Source of the DNA: Macrostomum lignano
Lineage: Eukaryota
Assembly: GCA_002269645.1 (NCBI GenBank)
Contig: NIVC01000753.1
Span: 366,979-430,978, forward strand
Length of the DNA: 64,000 bases
Direction: 5' to 3'
Shown: positions 44,565-54,634 of the stretch, in pieces
How positions within the stretch are numbered: the stretch's first letter is position 1
How the letters are laid out: each line of letters opens with the position of its first letter
Translations under genes and position numbers: made by a program
Notes under the pieces: model-generated
Seen by the model: only the letters and a program-made list of their open reading frames with translations
Told to the model about the DNA's origin: nothing
Database searches by the model: none

Positions 44565-45480
44565 TTCAGAGGAGTGCCATTGTACTCTGAGGAGTGCCAG
44601 GATACTCAGAGGAGTGCCAGGATACTCAGAGGAGTGCCAGAATACTCAGAGGAGTGCCAGGATACTCAGAGGAGTGTCAGGATACTCAGAGGAGTGCCAG
44701 GATACTCAGCTACTCAAAGGAGTGCCAGGATACTCTGAGGAGTGCCAGGATACTCAGAGGAGTGCCAGGATACTCAGAGGAGTGCCAGAATACTCAGAGG
44801 AGTGCCAGGATACTCAGAGGAGTGTCAGGATACTCAGAGGAGTGCCAGGATACTCAGCTACTCAAAGGAGTGCCAGGATACTCAGAGGAGTGTCATGATA
44901 CTCAGAGGAGTGCCAGGATACTCAGAGGAGTGCCAGGATACTCAGAGGAGTGCAACGTTCTTTAAAGGAGTGCCAGGGTGTCCAGAGAAGTGCCAGGATG
45001 TCCAGAGAAGTGCCAGGGTGTCCAGAGAAGTGCCAGGGTGTCCAGAGAAGTGCCAGGGTGTCCAGAGAAGTGCCAGGGTGTCCAGAGAAGTGCCAGGGTG
45101 TCCAGAGAAGTGCCAGGGTGTCCAGAGAAGTGCCAGGGTGTCCAGAGAAGTGCCAGGGTGTCCAGAGAAGTGCCAGGGTGTCCAGAGAAGTGCCAGGGTG
45201 TCCAGAGAAGTGCCAGGGTGTCCAGAGAAGTGCCAGGGTGTCCAGAGAAGTGCCAGGGTGTCTAGAGAAGTGCCAGGGTGTCCAGAGAAGTGCCAGGGTG
45301 TCCAGAGAAGTGCCAGGGTGTCCAGAGCCAGGGTGTCCAGAGAAGTGCCAGGGTGTCCAGAGCCAGGGTGTCCAGAGAAGTGCCAGGGTGTCCAGAGAAG
45401 TGTCAGGGTGTCCAGAGAAGTGCCAGGGTGTCCAGAGAAGTGCCAGGGTGTCCAGAGCCAGGGTGTCCAGAGAAGTGCCC
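44565..45480. repeat. Two adjacent related 20-nt minisatellites (GAGGAGTGCCAGGATACTCA, then GAGAAGTGCCAGGGTGTCCA)
   Basis: Tandem copies visible; the switch occurs near 44955-44970. Confidence 0.95.
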
Positions 45481-45980
45481 GGATTGTTTAATTGTTTTAT
45501 TTCTTCCTCCACACTCTATAATTCTTTTGTTACTGATAGAGTTTTTAAGTCATTGATATCCAATTTTACCTATAAATCATTGACGACGGGAATTAATCAG
45601 TGAACCAACTTATTCAGCTCTGCTATAAATTCATATTTGACTCGTGCAAAATCTTCTTATATTTAATTAGCAGCAAAATATCTCTCTATTTTATATGCGT
45701 TACTGTCGATGACATCTCTAGTGCTATCTATTTCTGATCGCCTACTGATAGTAGACTGTAGTGTTTTATTTATTTTGGCCAAATATTATATTGTTTTGCT
45801 AAAAACAGTGAAATAATACTAGCGTAAATACTGAAAAACAGAGAAACAGCTTGCGTTGCTTGACTGCGCTACATGGCAAGTCTTATCAGCTGTGTCACCG
45901 CCTGTGACGCCTTGCACTGTACAGCGTATGCACAAGTGGTCTTAAAACCGCTCGTTCGCTCGGTTTTCAACGCAGCTAAC

Positions 45981-47424
45981 ATGCCATTTCCAACTGATTC
46001 CATGACTCTGAAAGCTTTGCTGCTTCTAACAGCAGCAGCAATCTCTGCAACAATAGCAGTAGTAGAAGCCGCGTATCCGGTATGCAGTCGTCAGCTGAGC
46101 AGTTGCAGCTGTCAGACCGCTGATGGCGGCACCATCGACTTGTCACCTCTGGCGAAGGCAGCAGACTTTGCCTTTGCCGCCATGGGGCCTCAGCAGCCGT
46201 ATAACTACCTGTACAACCCCTGCACAGGGCAGCGCTGCGACAGCAGCCAAGGAGACGCCGCGTCATGTCAGAGATCTACAGATGGGCGCTATGTGAGAAT
46301 TAGAGTTGCTGCGTGCTGACTGGGAGAGGGTAGGGGAGAGAGGGTAGGGGAGAGAGGGTAGGGGAGAGAGGGTAGGGGAGAGAGGGTAGGGGAGAGATGG
46401 AAGAGGAGACAGGGAAGGGGAGAGAGGGAAGGGGAGAGAGGGAAGGGGAGAGAGGGTAGGGGAGAGAGGGAAGGGGGAGAGAGGGAAGGGGAGAGAGGGA
46501 AGGGGAGAGAGGGAAGGGGAGAGAGGGTAGGGGAGAAAGGGAAGGGGAGAGAGGGTAGGGGAGAGAGGGAAGGGGAGAGAGGGTAGGGGAGAGAGGGTAG
46601 GGGAGAGAGGGTAGGGGAGAGAGGGTAGGGGAGAGAGGGAAGGGAGAGAGGGTAGGGGAGAGAGGGAAGGGGAGAGAGGGTAGGGGAGAGAGGGTAGGGG
46701 AGAGAGGGTAGGGGAGAGAGGGTAGGGGAGAGAGGGTAGGGGAGAGAGGGTAGGGAGAGAGGGTAGGGGAGAGAGGGTAGGGGAGAGAGGGTAGGGGAGA
46801 GAGGGTAGGGGAGAGAGGGTAGGGGAGAGAGGGTAGGGGAGAGAGGGAAGGGGAGAGAGGGTAGGGGAGAGAGGGAGAGGGCTGACTATCCCTCCAACAC
46901 GGCTCGCCAACTGTCAGGAGTACCTGCTGGGCACCCAGTCGACAGCCCAGTTCTCCACGGAGCCGCAGGCGGGGCTCCAACTGACATACAGCGCCCTCTC
47001 CGGCGACGGCAAGCGCCGGTCAGCCCAGGTGCAGCTGGTCTGCGATCAGTCGGCCTCCGTGCCCAAATTCGAGGCTCTGGATGATGGCAGCGGTGGGCCG
47101 CAGTTGATTCTGTACAAAATGCGGCTGACCTCAAAGCACTGCTGCGAACAGTCCGGTGGAGGAGGAGGCGGCGGCGGCGGTGGCGGCCTAAGCGGCGGCG
47201 ACATCCTGCTGATTGTGTTCTTCTGCCTGGTGTTTGTCTACGTGGCTGGCGGCCTGGCTTTTAATGCGCTGGTGCGGAAGCTGCCAGTTTATCCTGATTC
47301 TGTGCCCAATAGAGAGTTCTGGCTGGCACTGCCGGGCCTTGTGCGGGACGGCTGCGTGTTCTCTTTCAATGGCGTTCGCGGCTTAGTGCGCGGCAGGGGA
47401 GGAAATAGCTATGAGAACATTTGA
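45981..47424 (+). CDS. Cation-dependent mannose-6-phosphate receptor / ATG27-like type I membrane protein; exons 45981(or 46002)-46292 and 46918-47424
   Basis: Signal peptide; MRH-like TIDLSPL...YLYNPC...C..LGT...VQLVCD...HCC; TM ILLIVFFCLVFVYVAGG; cytoplasmic PNREFW..LPGLVRDG and terminal YENI; phase-0 GT-AG intron. Confidence 0.88.
46322..46880 (+). repeat. 14-nt G-rich minisatellite (AGGGTAGGGGAGAG) filling the M6PR-like intron
   Basis: Tandem copies visible. Confidence 0.93.
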
Positions 47425-47494
47425 TAATAAGTGATGGTTGAAATTCTGTGATGCTACTTATGCGTTGTTTTTCTTGGGTCGGAGGTATTTGGGG

Positions 47495-47930
47495 TCGTTT
47501 TCATGGGGTGGATGGTTCATGGGTTGGATGTTTCATGGCGTGGAGTTTTTATGGGGTGGATGGTTCATGGGGTGGTTGGTTCATGGGGTGGATGTTTCAT
47601 GGGGTGAAGTTTTATGGGGTGGATGATTCATGGGGTGGATGGTTCATGGGGTGGTTGGTTTATGGGTTGGAGGTTTCGTGGGGTGGAGTTTTTATGGGGT
47701 GGATGTTTCATGGGGTGGAGATTTTATGGGGTGGTTGGTTTATGGGTTGGAGGTTTCGTGGGTAGTTTTTTTTTGGGGTGGATGGTTCATGGGGTGGAAG
47801 TTTTATGGGGTGAAGGTTTTATGGGATGGAAATTTTATGAGGTGGAGGTTTTATGGGGTGGAGTTTTTTGGAGTGGATGGTTCATGGGGTGGAGGTTTTA
47901 TTGGGTGGAGATTTTATGGGTGGAGGGATT
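47495..47930. repeat. Degenerate G/T-rich ~15-nt repeat (TTCATGGGGTGGATG-like)
   Basis: Imperfect tandem copies downstream of the M6PR-like stop. Confidence 0.8.
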
Positions 47931-48394
47931 TAGGTCAAATTAGTTTTAAGAAAGTTATATTTTTGTGCTTTTAATGCTTGATACTTTTTAGTTTCAGTGG
48001 TTTAGTATCAATTTTTTCGCTAATCTCTATTTAGTTCATCATGTTGTCTGAATTCACTGGACATTCTTCTGGGAGCTTCTTTTTGGACAATTTATGTTAC
48101 TAGCGCATTATTGGCATTAACTAATGGCTCACGAATGGGCTGTCTGGGCGGCGACAGTACGCAACTGTTAAATTGAGATTTAGTTCGGATCAAACTGTCA
48201 CTATGCTTTTAAAGTCTAGATCTGGCTTTAATAAACTGCTCCTTAAGCTCTCAACAGTTCGTGTTTAACAAACAAAGTTGAATTATGAGAATCATATGTG
48301 AACTCACCGAAAGGCTTAAAGCGAAATAGAAATATACCGACCACTTAACTTTCATTGATTTTGAATTTATTAATTGACTTCTTTTGTCATCTGA

Positions 48395-49292
48395 ACTGCA
48401 TTCTGAACTGCACCATGAACTGCACCCTAAACTGCACCCTGAGCTGCACCCTGAACTGCACCCTGAACTGCACCCTGAACTGCACCCTGAACTGCACCCT
48501 GAGCTGCACCCTGAACTGCACCCTGAACTGCACCCTGAACTGCACCCTGAACTGCACCCTGAACTCTACACTGAACTGCACCCTGAACTCTACACGGAAC
48601 TGCACCCTGAACTCTACACTGAACTGCACCCTGAACTGCACCCTGAGCTGCACCCTGAACTGCACCCTGAACTGCACCCTGAACTGCACCCTGAACTGCA
48701 CCCTGAACTCTACACTGAACTGCACCCTGAACTCTACACGGAACTGCACCCTGAACTCTACACTGAACTGCACCCTGAACTGCACCCTGAACTGCACCCT
48801 GAACTGCACCCTGAACTGCACCCTGAACTGCACCCTGAACTGCACCCTGAGCTGCACCCTGAACTGCACCCTGAACTGCACCCTGAACTGCACCCTGAAC
48901 TGCACCCTGAACTCTACACTGAACTGCACCCTGAACTCTACACGGAACTGCACCCTGAACTCTACACTGAACTGCACCCTGAACTGCACCCTGAACTGCA
49001 CCCTGAACTGCACCCTGAACTCTACACTGAACTGCACCCTGAACTCTACACTGAACTGCACCCTGAACTGCACCCTGAACTCTACACTGAACTGCACCCT
49101 GAACTCTACACTGAACTGCACCCTGAACTCTACACTGAACTGCACCCTGAACTCTACACTGAACTGCACCCTGAACTCTACACTGAACTGCACCCTGAAC
49201 TCTACACTGAACTGCACCCTGAACTGCACCCTGAACTCTACACTGAACTGCACCCTGAACTGCACCCTGAACTCTACACTGAACTGCACCCT
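48395..49292. repeat. 12-nt minisatellite (GAACTGCACCCT; variant GAACTCTACACT) ending exactly at the Polinton left end
   Basis: Tandem copies visible; last unit GAACTGCACCCT abuts AGTAGT at 49293. Confidence 0.97.
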
Positions 49293-49412
49293 AGTAGTAT
49301 ACGTTTTTTTGACACAAAGCCGATTTCCTTATGGCGAAATACATAGTAAGTACAGGCCCAAAAAAATGGCAGAGTCTGAAATTTGCCGTGCACGCAAACT
49401 AGCTTTTACGCA
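49293..49412 (+). repeat. Left terminal inverted repeat
   Basis: 49304-49384 is the reverse complement of 63919-64000 with one substitution and one homopolymer length difference; weaker similarity continues to ~49412. Confidence 0.95.
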
Positions 49413-49630
49413 ATGAATTAACCAATTAGCTGAATCACTTTTACGCAAACACCTGTCTATCCACCTAAATTCTATCCGCAATGAATGCAGCTAATTACAA
49501 GCCCAACCAAAATTCAATTTGACACAAAGCTTATTTCGCGTATAACTTAACGCATTTAAATTCTTCTTTTCAAGCAGTATTGTATATTTCAACTAGATAC
49601 AAACACAATTTGACGCACAAATTAGCGAGT

Positions 49631-50194
49631 TTACAAATATTGAGGCAGCACTCGTAAAACAAAATTGCGTAATTTAGCATACAAGTATCGAAACGAACCA
49701 GTGCGAATTATATTCCGTTTAAAAACGCTTCGAATAAAACACTCTAGGTTTCCTCTGGTAGTCAACTTATGAAAAATATAAAAAATTACCCAAAATCCAC
49801 AACTTCCACTCTGTGGGTCTTGGATAGCAAAGCGACTATAACACCAATTTTTCGAATTTCCACATTCTTTTCCTAGCCATTTTGCTATTCTTGGCAATGG
49901 TACTAGACCAAGAGAATCAAAATATTCACCAAGTCGTTTGCTACCGCGACCTGCTCGATGACCATAAACCCAAACGCATACCCAATGTTTTCCGGGCAGG
50001 TTGGAGACGTCAGTATTAACGATAAAAAAATAGTCTTTACCGTCTAAAGGTAAGCGTCTAAGTCCACCAACAAAGTTTTGAGGAAAAACACCAAGAAATA
50101 CAACATTTAAAAAATGTGCGCACAATTTCGATACAACATTGCGAAGGAAGCGATCTGTTACACCACGATCTAGGATAGAATCAATTACTTCCAT
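49631..50194 (-). CDS. Adenain-like cysteine maturation protease (187 aa)
   Basis: FLGVFP, IVNTD...GKHWV, EYFDSLG, IQ...SGSCG: His/Asp/Cys triad intact. Confidence 0.92.
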   Translation of the reverse strand: MEVIDSILDRGVTDRFLRNVVSKLCAHFLNVVFLGVFPQNFVGGLRRLPLDGKDYFFIVNTDVSNLPGKHWVCVWVYGHRAGRGSKRLGEYFDSLGLVPLPRIAKWLGKECGNSKNWCYSRFAIQDPQSGSCGFWVIFYIFHKLTTRGNLECFIRSVFKRNIIRTGSFRYLYAKLRNFVLRVLPQYL

Positions 50195-51506
50195 ACTGTG
50201 CCAGGAACAATGTCGCGAAGTTCAGTCAGTTGCAGTTGCTTGTCAAATATACCTCCAAATATGACGTTGTACACGGTACTAGTTGCAGCATTGAAGCGTA
50301 ACTCTAGTTTTACATTTCCTTCCTTATACAGTTGCACTCCCCGTCCGACACCAGGTTCACTTCCAAGACTGAATGCAAAAATTGAGTAACCATTGGCGTA
50401 ATCCAGCATATTAAATCCAATATCTCGTCCCTGTAGATAGATTCCAAGCTGTTGTAGCAAAAAATTATACTCTGTCACACAATCATCTCCAAAGTTTGTC
50501 TGCAGCGGACGCGATGGTACCGAGTCTCCATTCACAAACACACCAATGCTGCTCACATTTGCATGCTCAAAGTTGAACGGATTTGTGTCCATGCTTCCAT
50601 TGAATGCCTTGTTGCTTACGATTGCCATCAATAAAAGCCGTGGTACCCCACTAGGAAACAAATTTTCATGCGTATGGCTAGACGATCCTCGGGTATAGTA
50701 AACGTACCAAGGCTTAGACTTCGGTGCGGATATAATGCATTGTGACTTTTAAGTCCATGAGCATGTGCACTGATAACACTCGGCGAGGGTTGAACAAACC
50801 GCAATCGTAGTTCTGCACGCAAAAACTTGATCTCATAGTCTTTTAAAACCGCACCAGCTTCTAATGTTGACCCGCTCAGGACAAATTTACTTTTTGCCGG
50901 TATGAGCTTGATCCGTAGTGGTGTCTTTGATAGTAGATACCGAGGCTGACGAAACAAATCCAAGAATAACGGCCCCGATACAGTGCACCGCCTATTGTTA
51001 GCAATGAGCGCCTGCCTCTTTGTTCGTCCATCGTTTTCACTTGTTGCATTCATTTTACCAGCTGTATCCTTGTAAAACCCCCACGGCAGTAAACCAGCCT
51101 TCTGAGCTGTATGTCCATATTCCAGTAATGTAAGAAGCATAGCCTTGTATGGATACATAAAACTACCACCTTCAACTACAGTATCGCCAATAGTAAATTG
51201 AACGTCCTCAAACAATGTTCCAATAACCAAATTATTCAAACAAACAAAATTTTTCGTTGCATCTATAGGTTCACCTTCACTATCACTAACGCTGAAGCAT
51301 ACCGTGAGCACAGTTTCTTGTAGATCCAAATACAAATCGCCTGCAGGCACAACTTCAAATTCGATAGGTGATCCTTTTGTAATACCATGTTGCGGTTGAA
51401 TGTTAGTATATCGATTATCCAAAACACTAAACTGAACAGGACTTTGATCAAATAGCGACAATTCACTTTTAAGAGCAGCAATATCAGGTCCAAGCAAATG
51501 GTTCAT
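50185..51506 (-). CDS. Major capsid protein (double jelly-roll, Polinton type), ~440 aa if a 1-nt frameshift near 50691 is corrected
   Basis: KSELSLF...SPIEFEV...YLDL..T.L...NNL..TLFEDV...YPYKA.L..LL.YG in ORF 51506-50628; continues as NLFPSGVPRL...NPFNFEH...P..PL...GYSIFAFSL...GNVKLELRF in ORF 50661-50185. Confidence 0.9.
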
Positions 51507-51507
51507 G

Positions 51508-51966
51508 CTACTTTTCAAACAGACTAAAAAGTTTCTTGCTTGCAGTAGCAGTTCGACGTTTTCCTATACCACCGGTCTTCTTGCGTTTTCTTTTGTTCAC
51601 GCGTCCCTTTCCACACTGTCTTGTTCGTCGTTTCTTTTGCCGTTTCTTCTTTCCTAAGCTTATAGCCACTCCACTGGTTCTTTTCCTTCGCTTTGGTCTC
51701 GAAACTGCAGTTGTATTAAACATCTCTTCGCTCGATTCTGTGTCCAAGTGACGCTTCCGACCCATACCAATTTTTGCTGTCGCACTTTTCAAATACTCCA
51801 GACCACGATCCAAGAAATCTTTCTTTGCGTTGCGTAGTACAGGATACACCAATCTGTCCGCCAAATTTGACAAAAAACCGTAACCTTCGTAAACAGGAAT
51901 GCCATATCCACCTCCACCTTCAGCAGATCTATTCGGACCAGAATAAAAAGCAAAAATAGGATCCAT
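51508..51966 (-). CDS. Basic (Lys/Arg-rich) putative core/DNA-packaging protein (152 aa from ATG 51966)
   Basis: GYGIPVYEGYGFLSNL motif followed by an extremely K/R-rich tail; abuts the MCP start. Confidence 0.7.
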   Translation of the reverse strand: MDPIFAFYSGPNRSAEGGGGYGIPVYEGYGFLSNLADRLVYPVLRNAKKDFLDRGLEYLKSATAKIGMGRKRHLDTESSEEMFNTTAVSRPKRRKRTSGVAISLGKKKRQKKRRTRQCGKGRVNKRKRKKTGGIGKRRTATASKKLFSLFEK

Positions 51967-52007
51967 TTCAACAGTCTTCTCTTCGTCATGCAATCCCAAT
52001 TCATGTG

Positions 52008-53168
52008 TTACTTATACACTTTAGAAAATAGTTTAGCAGTCTTTGCGTCAAGATCATTTTCGTTTAACCACTGACTTCTTGAGATTGGCATACCTTTCCA
52101 TTTTACTAGATACAGACGACTTCCATTTTTCGCTCGATCAGTTTCAATAACTTTTTCAATTTCATTAGGTGTTTCATCTGTCTCGTTTACCAACATTAGT
52201 TCCGCTTGGTTAAACCTTCCTTTCAGCACTTCAAATCCATCTTCAGGGTCCACTAATTCGTACATTGGCGGGTCTGTCAAGTGTACACGATGAATGCGAT
52301 ATTTTGAATTACTCCAAGTCGTAGTGTATCCTTTTTCAAATGTTCCTCGACGTCGTGTAATTCTAACCCAATCACCAACTTTAAATTTATTCTCATTCTT
52401 TTTAGTGTACGACTTCGCAAACATTTTGTCCCACAAAATTCCTTGTAAATGCGGGTCTGTCTCTACCCGTTTTGGTGTTTCTCCACTCAAGGATCGATGA
52501 GGACTAGAGTTGAAATTATCTTCCAATTGCGGTAAAATGTCAAACCATCGAGGTAAATTTTTTGCTCGAAAGTATCGTAATAGACGTTCCTTTAACGAGC
52601 GGATAAATCGTTCAGCCATGCTTGCCTTGTAATTGCTTTGGCTAACAAAAAATCGAACTCCTTCCTGTTTCAGCATTTGACGTGTAGCTCTTCCGAGAAA
52701 CTCCATACCAGCATCACCTTGTAAATAAACAGGCTTAAAACCACTTCGAAAAATCTCTAGTAATACTTGACTAACTTCTGAAGGCTTCTTTGTACGCAAT
52801 GGTCTTAGTCGTACAACTCTAGTAAAACAGTCGATAAGAACAAGTATGTAACGATAACCTCGATTTTCCGTCTTGTATTGAGGTAAATCTGCCAAATCGA
52901 TTTGAAACTGAAACTTTGCAACTGGTGGCACACTAATTTTTGGAGTTGGAAAGTTTCGTCGTGTTTTTCGAAATAAATGATGCTCATTTGTTGATCGCAC
53001 CCAATTATCAACTTCGCGCTTTGCAACTTTGTTCGTAATCTGTGGAAACTTTTTACGTACTTCACGAACAAGTATAGTCTTGTTACCACTAAATGAAGTA
53101 GGCCTGTTCAAGTTAAAAAAAGCATCCGTCAAAAATTCTTCAATTTCCTTACGCACTCGCTTCATCAT
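52008..53168 (-). CDS. Retroviral-type (rve) DDE integrase with C-terminal chromodomain (386 aa), intact
   Basis: FQIDLADL, YILVLIDCFTR, LQGDAGMEF, ASMAERFIRSLK; C-terminal IEKVI...YLVKWKG......W. Confidence 0.95.
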   Translation of the reverse strand: MMKRVRKEIEEFLTDAFFNLNRPTSFSGNKTILVREVRKKFPQITNKVAKREVDNWVRSTNEHHLFRKTRRNFPTPKISVPPVAKFQFQIDLADLPQYKTENRGYRYILVLIDCFTRVVRLRPLRTKKPSEVSQVLLEIFRSGFKPVYLQGDAGMEFLGRATRQMLKQEGVRFFVSQSNYKASMAERFIRSLKERLLRYFRAKNLPRWFDILPQLEDNFNSSPHRSLSGETPKRVETDPHLQGILWDKMFAKSYTKKNENKFKVGDWVRITRRRGTFEKGYTTTWSNSKYRIHRVHLTDPPMYELVDPEDGFEVLKGRFNQAELMLVNETDETPNEIEKVIETDRAKNGSRLYLVKWKGMPISRSQWLNENDLDAKTAKLFSKVYK

Positions 53169-53337
53169 CAGTTAGATTGATGCTAGTCGTTTGACAGTTG
53201 CAACAAAAGAACGAAGCCTCGATCGAATCTCCGTCAGTATCCTCGTTGTGCTCCTTTCCCAGAAACGGCACACATTCAGATTTTATGCAAAAAAACTCAC
53301 AGAGACGAATCAAAAGTTTTTGGAAGATAGATGACAT
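53149..53337 (-). CDS. Small Cys-rich hypothetical protein (62 aa) overlapping the integrase start
   Basis: ATG-initiated, fits the tightly packed co-oriented gene layout; no family recognised. Confidence 0.4.
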   Translation of the reverse strand: MSSIFQKLLIRLCEFFCIKSECVPFLGKEHNEDTDGDSIEASFFCCNCQTTSINLTDDEASA

Positions 53338-53449
53338 GGTTTGTCTTATTAAACTATATATTTTTCATAAACAAAAAATTAACCTTTTTAAAAAGCTTAT
53401 AGTGCTCGAATCAATTTTGTTAAAACGTAATCTGTAATTTTAAAACAAC

Positions 53450-54139
53450 TTAATTCAGTGTTTGATAATTTTCAAACAGACTAAGATCCTCCTTTGCAAC
53501 AGTTTTTGGAGCAGACATTAGCTCGTTTCGTACATGACGCCCGATTTGGTTTGCTGCGATTCCACGTTTTCGAAGAAAGTCTAAAAATGTTTTTAGTCCA
53601 CTAGGCGGTTGAGTCTCGTGTCGCTTAAGCGGTCTGTCTCGAACAACATATTCCATGAGATCTTGTATCTCGGCATCAGTCAAATTAGCCAGCATTGGTT
53701 CTGCATTCTTGTCCATGTCCGAAAATAGGTTTTGAGCGAGAGCTTCGAAACGTGGTAAAAAAACTTTAGGAATTTCCCTTGATTCGCTGGCATATGAACT
53801 TCTTACAGTAGTCCCTTTGCGAACAAGTGACAGATTGTCCTCGTCTCCAGTGCGATAGACTTTGCGCAATTTTAAAAGTTTGTCTTCCAATCTGCTTCGT
53901 TTCAATTGAGCTGTGTAATTTGGCTCCTTTTCCATTTCCTTGTCCAAGTTATCCATTTGGTCTCTCATTTCCACCATATTTTTTGCCAGAGCATCTTGCG
54001 GTGCGTCTAAAACTTCAGTTTTTCGAGGTGTCTCAGCAGTTGGTGACGATCCTTGCTCTGCACCTTGACATGCAGATTGATACACAGATTCAGGTACTAG
54101 ATACATTCGTTGAAAACTACTACTCTCGTTAGTTCGCAT
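53450..54139 (-). CDS. Hypothetical Polinton protein (229 aa)
   Basis: ATG-initiated ORF in the gene array; N-terminal RMYLVPE resembles a recurring Polinton motif (from recollection). Confidence 0.7.
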   Translation of the reverse strand: MRTNESSSFQRMYLVPESVYQSACQGAEQGSSPTAETPRKTEVLDAPQDALAKNMVEMRDQMDNLDKEMEKEPNYTAQLKRSRLEDKLLKLRKVYRTGDEDNLSLVRKGTTVRSSYASESREIPKVFLPRFEALAQNLFSDMDKNAEPMLANLTDAEIQDLMEYVVRDRPLKRHETQPPSGLKTFLDFLRKRGIAANQIGRHVRNELMSAPKTVAKEDLSLFENYQTLN

Positions 54140-54149
54140 TATATTCCTA

Positions 54150-54578
54150 CTACTTTCGTTGAATTGATCGTATTAAATTCGCTGCTCCCGCGGCGGTACC
54201 AACTACTCCAGACGTTATCCCAAGCGCAGTGCTTATAGCAGGTAGAGCGGCAATAATTGGAGCCAAAAAAGGTAAAAATCCTCCGTGTTGGACAAGTATT
54301 TTCCTTTTTGCAGTAATTGGAGTCTTCTGTTCCAAAAGCTGGCGTATATATCTGCGATGCTTCTCAAGTCGTCTTTTGTTACAGTTACTAATTTTAATAC
54401 GTCCACTAATAATATTAAACAGAAAGTCTACTAGACATCGTATCTCCGACTCTGAAAGTGTTTGTAAAAAACTTTTTCTCTGCTTTGGATGCTTTAGCCG
54501 ATAAACAATTTGTAGTAAAAAAGCACACTGACACAATGAGCGAGCATTTTGTTTTCCTTTTTCTGTTAGTTCGCTCAT
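54150..54578 (-). CDS. Small basic Polinton core-type protein with QHGGFLP motif (142 aa)
   Basis: Basic helical N-terminus, KILVQHGGFLPFLAPII, hydrophobic C-terminal segment. Confidence 0.75.
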   Translation of the reverse strand: MSELTEKGKQNARSLCQCAFLLQIVYRLKHPKQRKSFLQTLSESEIRCLVDFLFNIISGRIKISNCNKRRLEKHRRYIRQLLEQKTPITAKRKILVQHGGFLPFLAPIIAALPAISTALGITSGVVGTAAGAANLIRSIQRK

Positions 54579-54634
54579 TCTTACAAAACAAATTCACAAA
54601 ATTTTCTATTACACAATTAATCTTTGCTTATAAA

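Noticed and set aside
44594-45603. Multiple repetitive ORFs
   Set aside because: 20-nt minisatellite artefacts.
38978-47424. LITAF and M6PR-like genes as viral cargo (iridoviruses encode LITAF homologs)
   Set aside because: They lie outside the TIR-defined element, have host-like GC content, and the M6PR-like gene has an intron.
48355-49416. LNCT, ELHP and VQFR repeat ORFs as Polinton genes
   Set aside because: 12-nt satellite lying outside the left TIR.
50680-50700. Programmed ribosomal frameshift in the MCP
   Set aside because: No slippery heptamer at the site; a single-base indel restores a normal protein.
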